DNA of 63,969 nucleotides, the filler included, from Chrysochromulina tobinii (taxonomy: Eukaryota): the NCBI GenBank assembly GCA_001275005.1. It is 11 parts of 11 records of this genome, joined end to end, with 100 filler letters (N's around TTAATTAATTAA, not from the genome) between each part and the next. Parts side by side here need not be neighbours in the genome. Positions count along the whole stretch, not along the records: positions 1 to 16,941 come from JWZX01000523.1; positions 17,042 to 19,023 come from JWZX01000526.1; positions 19,124 to 21,150 come from JWZX01000527.1; positions 21,251 to 36,395 come from JWZX01000528.1; 7 more parts are not named here. One strand, given 5' to 3'. Below the pieces are notes generated by a model. The model was not told the origin of the DNA. It made no database searches and saw only the letters and a list, made by a program, of their open reading frames with translations. The translations under genes were made by a program, and so were the position numbers. The stretch's first letter is position 1. Each line of letters begins with the position of its first letter. Below are positions 11,520 to 21,459 of this stretch, in pieces.

Positions 11520-14500
11520 TGCAGGCCAAGGCGGCATCCCAGTGGCTCGCGGCGACAGGTGTCGAGGCCACGGCACGTGGCGCGTCGTATCGGTCTGTGG
11601 AAGGTGTCGAGGCCACGGCACGTGGCGCGTCGTATCGGCAGAAGGCGCCCGGGGAGGTGTCCATTCCACAACGGCCGGACGGCCCCATCCCCGTGATGGG
11701 CCCCGACGAGGCGCCCATCACGGCGCCGGCCTCGCCGCAACTGCAGCGCTCTCCCGGGTTCACGCCCGCGCCACGCTCGTCTCCGGCTGCCCGCGCCCGG
11801 CCGCACGCCGCGTACTCGCAGCAGATGCGCGTCGAACCCGAGTGGATCCGCTCACCTGTGAAGAGCTCGCCTGTGAAGAGCGCGCGCACGACGCTGCCGC
11901 TCGCGTACCCGGCGCTGCAAACCCTCACGGCGCTCGGCACGCCGGATGTACATCAGCTCGGCTCCGTCGAGTCGCTCCAGGTGACTGATGACCACTGATG
12001 ACCCTTGATGACCACTGATCGCCACTGATTTCCACTGATGACCTCTGATGACCACTGATCCCCTCCGTCGAGTCTCGTCAGTTCGCGGAGGCGGCCAACC
12101 TCGCGGTGGAGCAGCAGATCGCCCAGATCGCGCGGCTCGAGGCGCTCAGGATGGCGCTCGACCAGTGGGTGGCGGGCTGGATGGCGCAGCGCGAGTATGC
12201 ATGGGAGCTGCGTGCGACGGAGCGAGCGCTCTTCCACCGGCTGCACACCGAGTGCTGCCGTGCCTTTGACGCGTGGGTGCAGGCTGTGCAGTGGTGGCTC
12301 TTCGGGCTCCAGATAGGTCACCACGGCCGGCTTCGTGTGCTGCGTGAGGCTCTCCAAGCACTAGTGGCCGCGGCGGTCAACCGCCGCCAGCTGCTCGTGG
12401 CTCTGGGCCACTACCGGTATGGCGGATTCCACAGGGGATGGCACACGTGGCGTGCCCATGCGCAGGCCGCACGCGCCGCACTGGGCGCTCGTCTCAAGCG
12501 CGCCGTGCGCCATATGCTCAATCGACAGCTCGCGCGCGGCTGGCACGCGTGGGTCGCCTTCGCTGAGACGCGCGTGGCAGCCCGTGCCAAGGGCTACCGC
12601 GCCTTGGTCAGCCTGCTGCACCAAGCCCTCGCGCGCGCGCTGCGAGGGTGGGTCGCTCGTGTTGAGCAGGCCTCGGCTGCAAACGCGAAGCGGCTTCGCG
12701 CCATCGCCAGCCTCTTCAATCAAAAGCTCGCGCGCGCGCTGCGAGGGTGGGTCGCTCGTGTTGAGCAGGCCTCGGACGTGCAAACGCGGAAGCGGCTTCG
12801 CGCCATCGCCAGCCTCTTCAATCAAAAGCTCGCGCGCGCGCTGCGAGGGTGGGTCGCTCGTGTTGAGCAGGCCGCGGATGAGAAGGCCAAGCGGCTTCGC
12901 GCCATCGCCAGCCTCTTCAATCAAAAGCTCTCTCGCGCGCTGCGAGGGTGGGTCGCTCGTGTTGAGCAGGCCGCGGATGAGAAGGCCAAGCTCCAAACGA
13001 CCCTCGCCACCTTGCTTCATCAAGCCCTCGCGCGGACGCTGCGTGCATGGTGCGCCGAGACAGCGCAGTGGAAGCTTCCGAGAAGCTTCCTCAAAACGAG
13101 TGTGCATCGGTGGCGCGAGCGTGTGCTGTACACCGCCTTCGTTCACTGGTCCTCCTCGTGTGTGCACCAAGGTCGTGACGATGCGGCGATGCGGGCGGCG
13201 GGCGCGAGGTTTCTGCATGCGGCGGCCACGCGTGCTTGGAACACGTGGTGCGCATGGCATGCTGCGCGAGCTCGCCTGCTCGGGCTGGCACGTGCGCTGC
13301 TGCAGCAGGGGCTACGACGAGCCCTCAATACGTGGCAGGCCACCTCTTCGGACCTCGCACAGCGGCAGCAGCTCATGACCTCGGCGCTGCGCAAGATGCA
13401 GAAGAGAGAGCTCTGCCAGGGGTGGCTGGCGTGGGCGGCAAGCGCGCCGGCGGCGCGCCGGTGGAGGCTGATGGAGTGCTCGGTACGTCGCCTACACCAT
13501 CGTGATCTCTATCGGGGCTGGCTGGCGTTGGAAGCCTCTTCGAAGCAACGGCGGCTGCAGCAACGGTCGCTCGCGGCATGGCGAGGGAGTGCGCTCTGGG
13601 CGGCTCTGCAGGCATGGCGCCTGCTGGCCGGGGAGTCGACCGCCGCGGCGGCCCACGCTGCCTGGCTGATGGACGCCTCCCCGGAGGCTCTCCGACGGAT
13701 GCGAATCGTGATGGATTCGGTCGCGCGTCGGTTACGCCGGCGTGTGATGCATGCGTGGTCGGCGTGGTCAGCGCCATCGGGCCTTCGCCGGCGCAGCGCC
13801 AAGACGGGCGTTCGTCGGGCTGTCTGGTACCTCCTCTCGCCCTCTGACCGAGCAGCATGGCCCAAAATTTGGACCGACTTTTTTTGGGTGGAGCCACACT
13901 TGGCGGGACCTGCGCGAGTGGCTGACCAGCCTCCAGCTGTACGATCGTCCGACCTTCGTGGTGCCCAAGTCGCACGCGGGCCTGGTGAGCGCGCTGCAGC
14001 AGGGGCACCTCTACGAGCACCTCATCTACCGAATCAGCCGGCCGCACGAGCGCCTCCGGCGCGCCGTCGCGGGCGCCGACGCGACCACGACGCACATCTA
14101 CGCGTGGGCACGCTCGCACTCGCGCGTCGGGCTGAGGGGAGGCCCTCCGCTCGAGCGTCCCACCAACCAACAGCGCGACGAGGGCGATGGCTGGCGCCAT
14201 CTGCTGCGCGCCTTTTTCGCGTCCGAGTTGGTTCACAGCGCCCTCGGAGAGGAGGCAGGTGTGAAGCTCGGTCTTGTCGGCGCGGCGCTCGGCCGCGCGG
14301 GAGCCAATGACTTGCTCGACCACCTGCGCGTCCTGTGCGCGCTCCGGGCCGTGAGTGAGATGCACGAGCCCTCCTTTTGGGTCCCCTTTGTGGCGTCCAT
14401 CAGCCGGGCGTCGTGCCGGGCAGGCGAAGGCGCACCCGCGTACGAGCGTGAGGAGCCACGGCTGACGCCCAAGCATCCACTCGATGACTACTCCGAATGC

Positions 14501-14662
14501 CCGGCGCACGCGGCATGCGACTTCGTGTGCCTCGGCTGCCCCACGCCGCGCATCCTAATCGAGAACGTCATGTGCGGCCGGTGCGGCCTGCGTGCCACCA
14601 TGTCTACGCTCGAGTACGGGGCGCTCTTTTCGAGGCTCGAGAGCGGCTCATGGAGCAGCTGA
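6636..14662 (+). CDS. Giant protein (~2,570 aa): RGS-like domain, Pro/Ala-rich linker, many Sfi1-like Trp/Arg repeats, Cys-rich tail
   Basis: Exons 6636-10753, 10850-11123, 11228-11980, 12082-14662, with one extra base near 13864-13885. RGS-like AKAILDRFVRSGAELEV...FDEAIAEVHAMHRRDTCRRF; repeats such as LARGWNTW and RRALNTW. Confidence 0.7.
10754..10849 (+). other. Intron (96 nt): degenerate decamers, 7-nt upstream-exon echo
   Basis: ATTGCTAG|GTGAGG...CTTGCTAG|G; removes the stop at 10755-10757. Confidence 0.82.
11124..11227 (+). other. Intron (104 nt) between two perfect 27-nt copies spanning CAG|GT
   Basis: CGCTGCAGGTAGCGGCCGCGTCCCGCT at 11116-11142 and 11220-11246, with decamer filler between. 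Confidence 0.9.
11981..12081 (+). other. Intron (101 nt): CTGATGACCA array plus upstream-exon echo
   Basis: GTGACTGATG...CTCCGTCGAGTCTCGTCAG vs exon end CTCCGTCGAGTCGCTCCAG; restores frame. Confidence 0.87.
12628..13050 (+). repeat. Coding tandem repeat, ~99-102 nt unit, about 4 copies (33-aa Sfi1-like unit)
   Basis: LARALRGWVARVEQA...KRLRAIASLFNQK is repeated almost identically at DNA level. Confidence 0.9.
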
Positions 14663-15591
14663 GACGGGACCGAGTCTGAGAAGTACTGTGTAGGTACCCT
14701 CCGTGTAGTCTAGAGGTCCCCCTGTCAGCCCCCAGCCCCAGTCCGAGTGCACCTCGCCCACCACTCACGACAAGTGATAGGGAACGAGAGAGTGAAAATA
14801 ATGTGGGTTCTAGAATAAGCGCCTTGGCGCTAGATTGGTTGTCTTCAAGGGCGAACAACGCAACATTGGGCGGCAAGTGCATTGCCTCGAAGCCGAGCAA
14901 CATGCACGTAAGCGGGCGGGTACAAACAGGATACATGCAACACCATCCTCTAATCGGAGAATACACCCTGGAACGAAACGAACTGAAACGACTTAGGAAA
15001 TCTGCAAATTTCGCGTTGTTCGTGTCGATGTGTCGTCAAGTGGTGCGGCTTGCCAGCCGTGCCGCTTTCTCGTGCCCCACCCTCCCGAACCCGTACTGTG
15101 TTTAGGGGGGACTCAGAGCTCGGCCTTCGGCCAGCTCTCGGGGCTGTTCTATCTAAACATCCCCAAGTGTGTGAAGCACAAAGAAGACATAGGTGACGGC
15201 CGCGTCGTTCTGTGGTGTCAGCTCATTTATTGTGATGAGGTGAGCTGTCATACGATGAGTTGCGTGAGCTGGAGACCGTTGTTTTCTAGATATCTCTTTT
15301 CACGCAACAAACACACGCAGGAAGTCGCGCCCGGGGCGCACGACTTCCTGTCTTCCTCAACGAACCCCCCATCTGTTTTCCTGGAGGATCACGCGCCTCC
15401 TCAACACCTAATCCTGGCGTGCCCTACCAGGTTCCGAGTACGGAGCGGTAGTTGCGTAGCTCCACACGTTCACAGGCACGTGTGGACTGACTTCGCGATC
15501 CTCCGCGTCGGTCGAGAGGTGCTTGGACCGTGGTGGCGCTGGGCTGGGCAGGAGGCTTCACCTTGGGTGGTTGAAGGCGCTAATCGCGGCG

Positions 15592-16317
15592 ATGCTTGTG
15601 CGCACCGCTCTTCTCCTGCATTGCAGCCGCGCCACGCTTGCCGCGCCGCGCAACCCATTCAAACGTCTCGGCACGCTCTCCGCATCGATCGAAAGCGAGG
15701 AGAATCCTTACTCCTCTCTGCGAGGCCTTCCGCATTCGCTCGGGCGCGATGCGGGCGCGTGGGCACTATCGGGCGCAGTTCCCGAGCGCAGCGCCGACGG
15801 GCAGTACAGCGTGGCCACGTTCGCTGGCGGCTGCTTTTGGGGTACAGAACTGCGCTATCAGCGGCTGCCCGGCGTCATCGCAACGTGCGTCGGGTACACC
15901 GAGGGGCGCACCACTCGGCCCACGTACGAGCAGGTCTGCACTGGCCGGACGGGCCACACCGAGGCATGCCAGCTCCTTTACGATCCAAAGCAGGTCTCGT
16001 TCACCGAGCTCTGCGAGGCGCTCTTTCGGTCCATCGATCCAACCAAGCGCGACCAGGTGGGCAACGACTTTGGCACGCAGTACCGGCACGGGATCTTTTG
16101 CCACACGGAGCACCAGCTCAAGGAGGCGAAAGCCTTTGTCGCCAGTCAGGCAAAGGGCTTGCCGCCCGGCAAATCGATCGTCACCGAGGTGAAGCGTGCA
16201 ACCGTCTTCTGGCCCGCCGAGGCCTACCATCAGCAATACTTGCAGAGGGGAGGGCGGTTTGGCAGCGCGCAGTCGGCGGCCAAGGGCTGTAACGACGCGG
16301 TGAGGTGCTATGGATAG
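15592..16317 (+). CDS. msrA: Peptide methionine sulfoxide reductase A, probably organelle-targeted
   Basis: FAGGCFWG, YEQVCTGRTGHTE, GNDFGTQYR, FWPAEAYHQQYL; plant-type tail KGCNDAVRCYG; N-terminal extension. Confidence 0.95.
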   Translation: MLVRTALLLHCSRATLAAPRNPFKRLGTLSASIESEENPYSSLRGLPHSLGRDAGAWALSGAVPERSADGQYSVATFAGGCFWGTELRYQRLPGVIATCVGYTEGRTTRPTYEQVCTGRTGHTEACQLLYDPKQVSFTELCEALFRSIDPTKRDQVGNDFGTQYRHGIFCHTEHQLKEAKAFVASQAKGLPPGKSIVTEVKRATVFWPAEAYHQQYLQRGGRFGSAQSAAKGCNDAVRCYG

Positions 16318-16941
16318 AATGCTTCTCCATTTCTTAAGGGACTGAATGTTTATAACGCCGCGGACGCTCGCCATGTGGCGCGAGCCTCCTCCGCGGGGCC
16401 AGGGACGACCAGGATCCTCTCATTCATTCCGGGCGGTAACAAAGGTTCTACGGCTCGGCTCGACGATGGGGAATGCTGCTACGTGGCTTCTCGGCTTATA
16501 TCGAACCACGGCGGCGGATCCGCGGCTGCGGACGAACACACGCGAAAACGAGATCGGTGTTTGTATCTCGTTCGTTGCGGGGGTTCACGTTACTGCAAAT
16601 ACCGGCTAAAATACCGGCAACCGGGCCGCGGGCGTGTCCGACGACTGATTAGCGATTACGAGAAGGGAACCACCCCCTCGGAGGGAGCTGCGGAGCTCGG
16701 AGGGCTCCAGAGAGAGACCGGAAGGACCAGAGCGCCCAGACGCGCGCAGGGACGCGGCGACACCCCTCTCACCCGAGCACGCTTTGTTGCATCAATTTCC
16801 GATGTACACGACGGGACGACCACGTAAGACGCTAGACGGTAACAATCGTAACAATCAATGGGTAGGTACCACTTGTCGAGGACCGACAGGGGGGCGCGTT
16901 CTGGAAGGGGTATTCAAGTTGCCCCTTAGCCCGCCGCAGGC

Positions 16942-17041
16942 NNNNNNNNNNNNNNNNNNNNNNNNNNNNNNNNNNNNNNNNNNNNTTAATTAATTAANNN
17001 NNNNNNNNNNNNNNNNNNNNNNNNNNNNNNNNNNNNNNNNN
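16942..17041. other. Artificial contig linker. Others at 19024-19123, 21151-21250, 36396-36495, 40431-40530, 48673-48772, 52075-52174, 56453-56552, 60608-60707, 62837-62936
   Basis: Identical N44-TTAATTAATTAA-N44 blocks carrying stops in all six frames. Confidence 0.99.
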
Positions 17042-17448
17042 CCTTGAGAGAGGGCCGAGCGCCCGCCGTGAGGGTCCGCTGTGGGCGTTTGGGACCGGTC
17101 AAACGAGTATTGTACCGACCTCGTACATGCTTGGGCCGGAGGTACACGCATCAGTAACGTGTGTAGGCTTTACTAACGACCCGCACAGACTCATTTGTCG
17201 GAAAGCGACGCGCTTGGTTTCACCCTGGCATGCAACACGTCAGGACGGCGGGGAAATAAAGCTTGTCATCGCGCCAAGATCGGGACGAAAATGCGAGATG
17301 GAAGTGCTCGGATAGAGGAGGGGGCGGGGGGGGAAAGCACTAGGAAAAGACTGGGAAAAGGCAAGGCGCAGGGGGCGCCATCGATCTGAATCCCAATGCG
17401 TCATGCGTCCACAAGTAGCAACCTGAAATGCAAGAGATGTATTGCGCC

Positions 17449-18879
17449 TCAATCCAAAAAAGGTACGTCACGATGTGGTGGGGCCGTTGTGGATGCCGCC
17501 GGTGCCCGAGCCGATTTGACAGCCCTAGGAGCTTCGGCAGCCTCTGGAGATTTGGCAGTCTTTGGAGCCGTTGCAGCTTTCGGAGCGTTGGGAATCCTCG
17601 GAGCTCGTGTAGACTTGGGAGGCTGACGAGGTTGTGAGCGGCGTGTAGACTTGGGAGGCTGACGAGGTTGTGAGCGGCCAGCCGCACTGCTCCGGATCGA
17701 CCTAGAGGGGATCGACCTAGTGGTGAGGCCCTCTGCCCCCGCGCTGCATGACGGGTCTGACGCACCCGACGCACCCGCTGCGCCCTCGGCGCCCCTGCCC
17801 TGGGCCGTGCAGCGCGGACAATACCACGAGCCTGCCGGCACGGCACTGAGCGGAGGGTCGAGACACTCAAGGTGGTAGGCGCTTGGGCAGCTGTCACAGC
17901 AGAGGAGCTCGCCATCGCCCTCGCATATCGCGCACGTCGAGTCGTTTTGGTCGTCGTCGCCCGCCGCTGCCTCCTCGTCCTCGTCAGAGCTGTGCCAGCG
18001 GCGCTCGCCTCGCCCATCATCCCGGCCGTCGTTGCCCACGCCGTCGGCGTCCTCGTCGGACTCGAGCGCCTCCTCTTCCTCGTCATCGTCGTCGTCACCA
18101 TCGCTGTCCGAACCCTCGGACCAGCTCTCCTCTTCCTCCTCGTCGTCGTCATCGTCGTCCTCCTCTCTGCGCCGCCGCTTCTTCGCCGCGGCTACCGCCT
18201 TACCCTTAGGCGGCCCAGTTGCCAAATTAGGGTTGCCCTTGGGCTCGGCCTTTGGCTGAGGCGCGGGCCGCTCTTGTTTGGGCTTGGCGGCGGCGGGCTT
18301 GCGCGCGCGACCCGTGCCGGGCTGCTCCCTGCTCGCCGAACCGGAGCTCGCGCAGCCCGAGCCAGCCGCGGCCACCTTGCTTGGTGCACCCCAGACGCCA
18401 GGCGGCACGGGCGTCGACGGCGGCGGCGCGAATGTCATCATGGTGCGACACCCGGGGCATTGCACGTTGATCGGAGCCATCAGCTGTGCCATCGAGAGTT
18501 TCACTAGCAATAGCTGTCTACATGAAGTGCAATGAATCGAGTACGACGCCAGGTGCTGCGGCGGCGCGGCGAACCCGCCCCAATTGGCACCTGGCGGCAT
18601 CGTTGCCGCCCTGACAATCTCGGCCGCCCGCAGTTCCGTTTCGTACCGCGCGCGGCTTGCGAGATCGCCGAGCACGCGCATCGCCTCCGCCACGCGCTTG
18701 AAGCCCTCCTCGGCGCCAGCCAGAGAGCACTTGTCAGGATGCAAGCAGGCTGCGTGCTTGAGGTACGCACGACGGATGAGCTGCTCGTCCTGGCAGTACC
18801 GGTCGACGCCCAGAACGGTGTAATTGTCCTTGGCCATCGCGACGCGCGCGAGGGTCTCCGATACAGTCATGCTGGCCAT
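17449..18879 (-). CDS. DnaJ-domain protein with a CxxC..CxxC zinc ribbon, acidic tract and PHD finger
   Basis: J domain DNYTVLGV...LHPDKC...FKRVAEA; CTSC/CPGC; PHD CAIC...[16 protein letters not shown]...WYCPRC. Confidence 0.88.
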   Translation of the reverse strand: MASMTVSETLARVAMAKDNYTVLGVDRYCQDEQLIRRAYLKHAACLHPDKCSLAGAEEGFKRVAEAMRVLGDLASRARYETELRAAEIVRAATMPPGANWGGFAAPPQHLASYSIHCTSCRQLLLVKLSMAQLMAPINVQCPGCRTMMTFAPPPSTPVPPGVWGAPSKVAAAGSGCASSGSASREQPGTGRARKPAAAKPKQERPAPQPKAEPKGNPNLATGPPKGKAVAAAKKRRRREEDDDDDDEEEEESWSEGSDSDGDDDDDEEEEALESDEDADGVGNDGRDDGRGERRWHSSDEDEEAAAGDDDQNDSTCAICEGDGELLCCDSCPSAYHLECLDPPLSAVPAGSWYCPRCTAQGRGAEGAAGASGASDPSCSAGAEGLTTRSIPSRSIRSSAAGRSQPRQPPKSTRRSQPRQPPKSTRAPRIPNAPKAATAPKTAKSPEAAEAPRAVKSARAPAASTTAPPHRDVPFLD

Positions 18880-19123
18880 CCCGTCAAGGCTGTGTAGCCC
18901 ACCCTTTGTGGGGTGAGATGAGCCCAAGACTCCCAAAGCTCGGCAATCTCCATCTAAGTTTCGCTCCTTGTCACCCTGTGAATGTTAACACAACAGATGC
19001 AGCGATGAACGGGCCTGCTATTANNNNNNNNNNNNNNNNNNNNNNNNNNNNNNNNNNNNNNNNNNNNTTAATTAATTAANNNNNNNNNNNNNNNNNNNNN
19101 NNNNNNNNNNNNNNNNNNNNNNN

Positions 19124-20244
19124 TTACCACTGCTGCGCCGGGGCGTGGTATCGATATGTGTCCGCCAATCCGGGGCGAAGGCGTTGATCCAGTCGAGGCT
19201 CAGCTCCGTTAAGAGGTAAGGGTTACGCGCGTCGTCGAATAGGAACTGTTGTGACACCCTGGAGGAGAGGATATTCGGGCTAGCCCAAGCGAATACGCCA
19301 TCGGCGGGCGCGACGATACTCAGCGCGGGGTGGATGCAGCGGGTGCTCTCCGCGATGGGCAGGGAGAACGTGGCGAACTCGACACGTTCGAAGTTGCCGG
19401 GCGTGTGCTGATCAAAGGAGGTGGGCTGGTCCGGCTTTGGGCGTAGGAACCAATCACGGAGGCATCTGTCGAGGTATATTGCGTAGCACGCAGGCCGTAG
19501 GGCCTGTCGCAGCGCGCGGGATGATTTGTAGAGGACAGTGACGCCGGGCATGAATCGAAGGATGACCTCGAGGACGTCGGCGTTGAGGGTGATGAGGTGG
19601 GGCATGGCAGTCTCTCGGGCGATTCTGAGAGCCGCCTCGACAGCGGTGCGGAAGGCGCCCAGTGGGCGCGAGTCGAGTGTCGCGAGGTAGCGGGACGACG
19701 TGTCGCACCATTCGACGCCCCGGTAGCCACTCGAGGTGGTGTCGTCGAGATGGAGGTTGAGACCGCAGACCAGGGTCGGCAGGCTGCAGCGGCGGTGGGT
19801 GAGGAGCGCGACGCTAGGGAGGGTGCGATCATCCGCGAGCACTGCCGGGCTCGTGCGTCGTACATTCCGCATGAATGAGGTGCAAGAGAGGCGAGAGTTG
19901 CACGTGCATGTGTGGAAGTTGCGATCGCAGAGGCACAGGCACATGTCGTGCCGTATGTCGTAGGGTGGTGGGGTTGCAAACTCCGAGACGGTACCGTCGA
20001 GGTTGCAGTGGTAGGCGCTGGGCGCGCGCCGTTTGCAATGGAAACACTCGCACCTGCTGTGGTGGGACGATGTGTCGCACCATTCGACGCCCCGGTAGCC
20101 ACTCGAGGTGGTGTCGTCGAGGTGGAGGTTGAGACCGCAGACCAGGGTCGGCAGGCTGCAGCGGCGGTGGGTGAGGGGCGCGACGCTAGGGGGGGTGCGA
20201 TCATCTGCGAGCACTGCCGGGCTCGTACGTCGTACATTTCGCAT
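19124..20244 (-). CDS. Partial or degenerate ORF with AP2-like domain(s) and an F-box-like motif
   Basis: TSSGYRGV...RYLA...LGAFRTAVEAAL resembles AP2; LITLNADVLEVILRFM resembles an F-box; runs into the contig end. Confidence 0.4.
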
Positions 20245-20249
20245 GAATG
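19697..20249. repeat. Direct duplication of ~180 nt at a 372-nt offset
   Basis: ~19697-19877 matches ~20069-20249 with a few substitutions. Confidence 0.9.
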
Positions 20250-20759
20250 GATTGCCGAGAGCACGACGCTCCTCAAACCGACGGAGGTGATCCCATTATC
20301 GCACTCCAGGTCGAGCAAGACGTGCTCGTCATCGACGACTTGCTCGCCGCCGCACGGTCGCCCCTGCTCCGTTTCGTACTCAACTCGCCGACGATCGCCA
20401 AGATAACGGGCTATTCCGCCGCCGTGCGGAAGACACTCGCAGCCATTCTTGACAAGGCCGACGACTGGAGCGTGCACTGGCTCGACATCAGCGAATTCAT
20501 ACCCTTCATAGCCGACACCTCCCTCATCATCCTACTCGATGTCGTCGGCAGTAGCCACCCGATCTCCCTTACCACAGAGATGATGGGGTGCGGTACGCTC
20601 TGGTGGGAAAGGGGCCCAAATCGTCTTGGCCGCGACCCCCTGTTCGTTACTGCCCTACTGAGCGACCTCCTCTACTTCCTTCGCAACGAAGAACCCCGCT
20701 ACCTGGCCGCATTCGAGGTTGGCCGACCGAACCCTAAGGCTTACCCGATCAACAAACTC

Positions 20760-21150
20760 AACACTGTGGTGGGATGGTATGTGATGAGCTCGGCCCAGTG
20801 CCTGATGCAAAGTAGGATGGCCCCGGCCTCCTTGTCGAAGGCGGCATAGTTCTTCTGCGCGTCTATCAGGGTCTTCCAGTAGAACCCGATGATTCGTAGC
20901 TCCCAGCCCGTCTTACGTCTCCAGTGGTTATCCAGGGGATCCTTACTAGCTGCCTTGGGCTCTCCCCTGCCGTCGTATGAGGGAGGTGGGGGCCCGGGAA
21001 ATTCCTGGTGCTGCCACTGCATGAGGACACCACCCACGGCATAGTCGGAGGCGTCGGTGCATATCACGAACTCGGCGTTGGGGTCGTCGAATTCGGGGGC
21101 GGCAAGGATCGCTGCCTCGTCCAGGTGGTCGACAGTTGCTTGCCAGGACT
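20760..21150 (-). mobile_element. Ty3/gypsy LTR retrotransposon pol fragment (RT connection plus RNase H), truncated
   Basis: LDEAAILAAPEFDDPNAEFVICTDASDYAVGGVL...AQKNYAAFDKEAGAI; similarity ends at YHPTTV, before the expected TD motif. Confidence 0.85.
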
Positions 21151-21459
21151 NNNNNNNNNNNNNNNNNNNNNNNNNNNNNNNNNNNNNNNNNNNNTTAATT
21201 AATTAANNNNNNNNNNNNNNNNNNNNNNNNNNNNNNNNNNNNNNNNNNNNCATTAGGACATTTCAGATTTCTTCTACATCGCATGCTCTCGCATGCTCTC
21301 GCGGCGTTATCGCGGCGTCATGCACATTCATGCTGGCGTGGTGTGCGAAAAAAACACGAGTTTGCGCGCGGCGGTTGTGGCAGGCAGTAACTCAAGGACA
21401 AAGTTTGGGTTTAGTTCATTTTCGGCTTGTTTTCCTGTGAATAGGAGCAGCCCCTCGCC

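Noticed and set aside
13864..13885. Programmed frameshift or pseudogene in the Sfi1-like gene
   Set aside because: One extra base in an A4 or T7 run explains it; a homopolymer sequencing error is more likely. Needs read inspection.
16375..16941. Possible LTR or ncRNA after msrA
   Set aside because: Composition shifts, but no second copy, primer-binding site or recognisable RNA structure supports a call.
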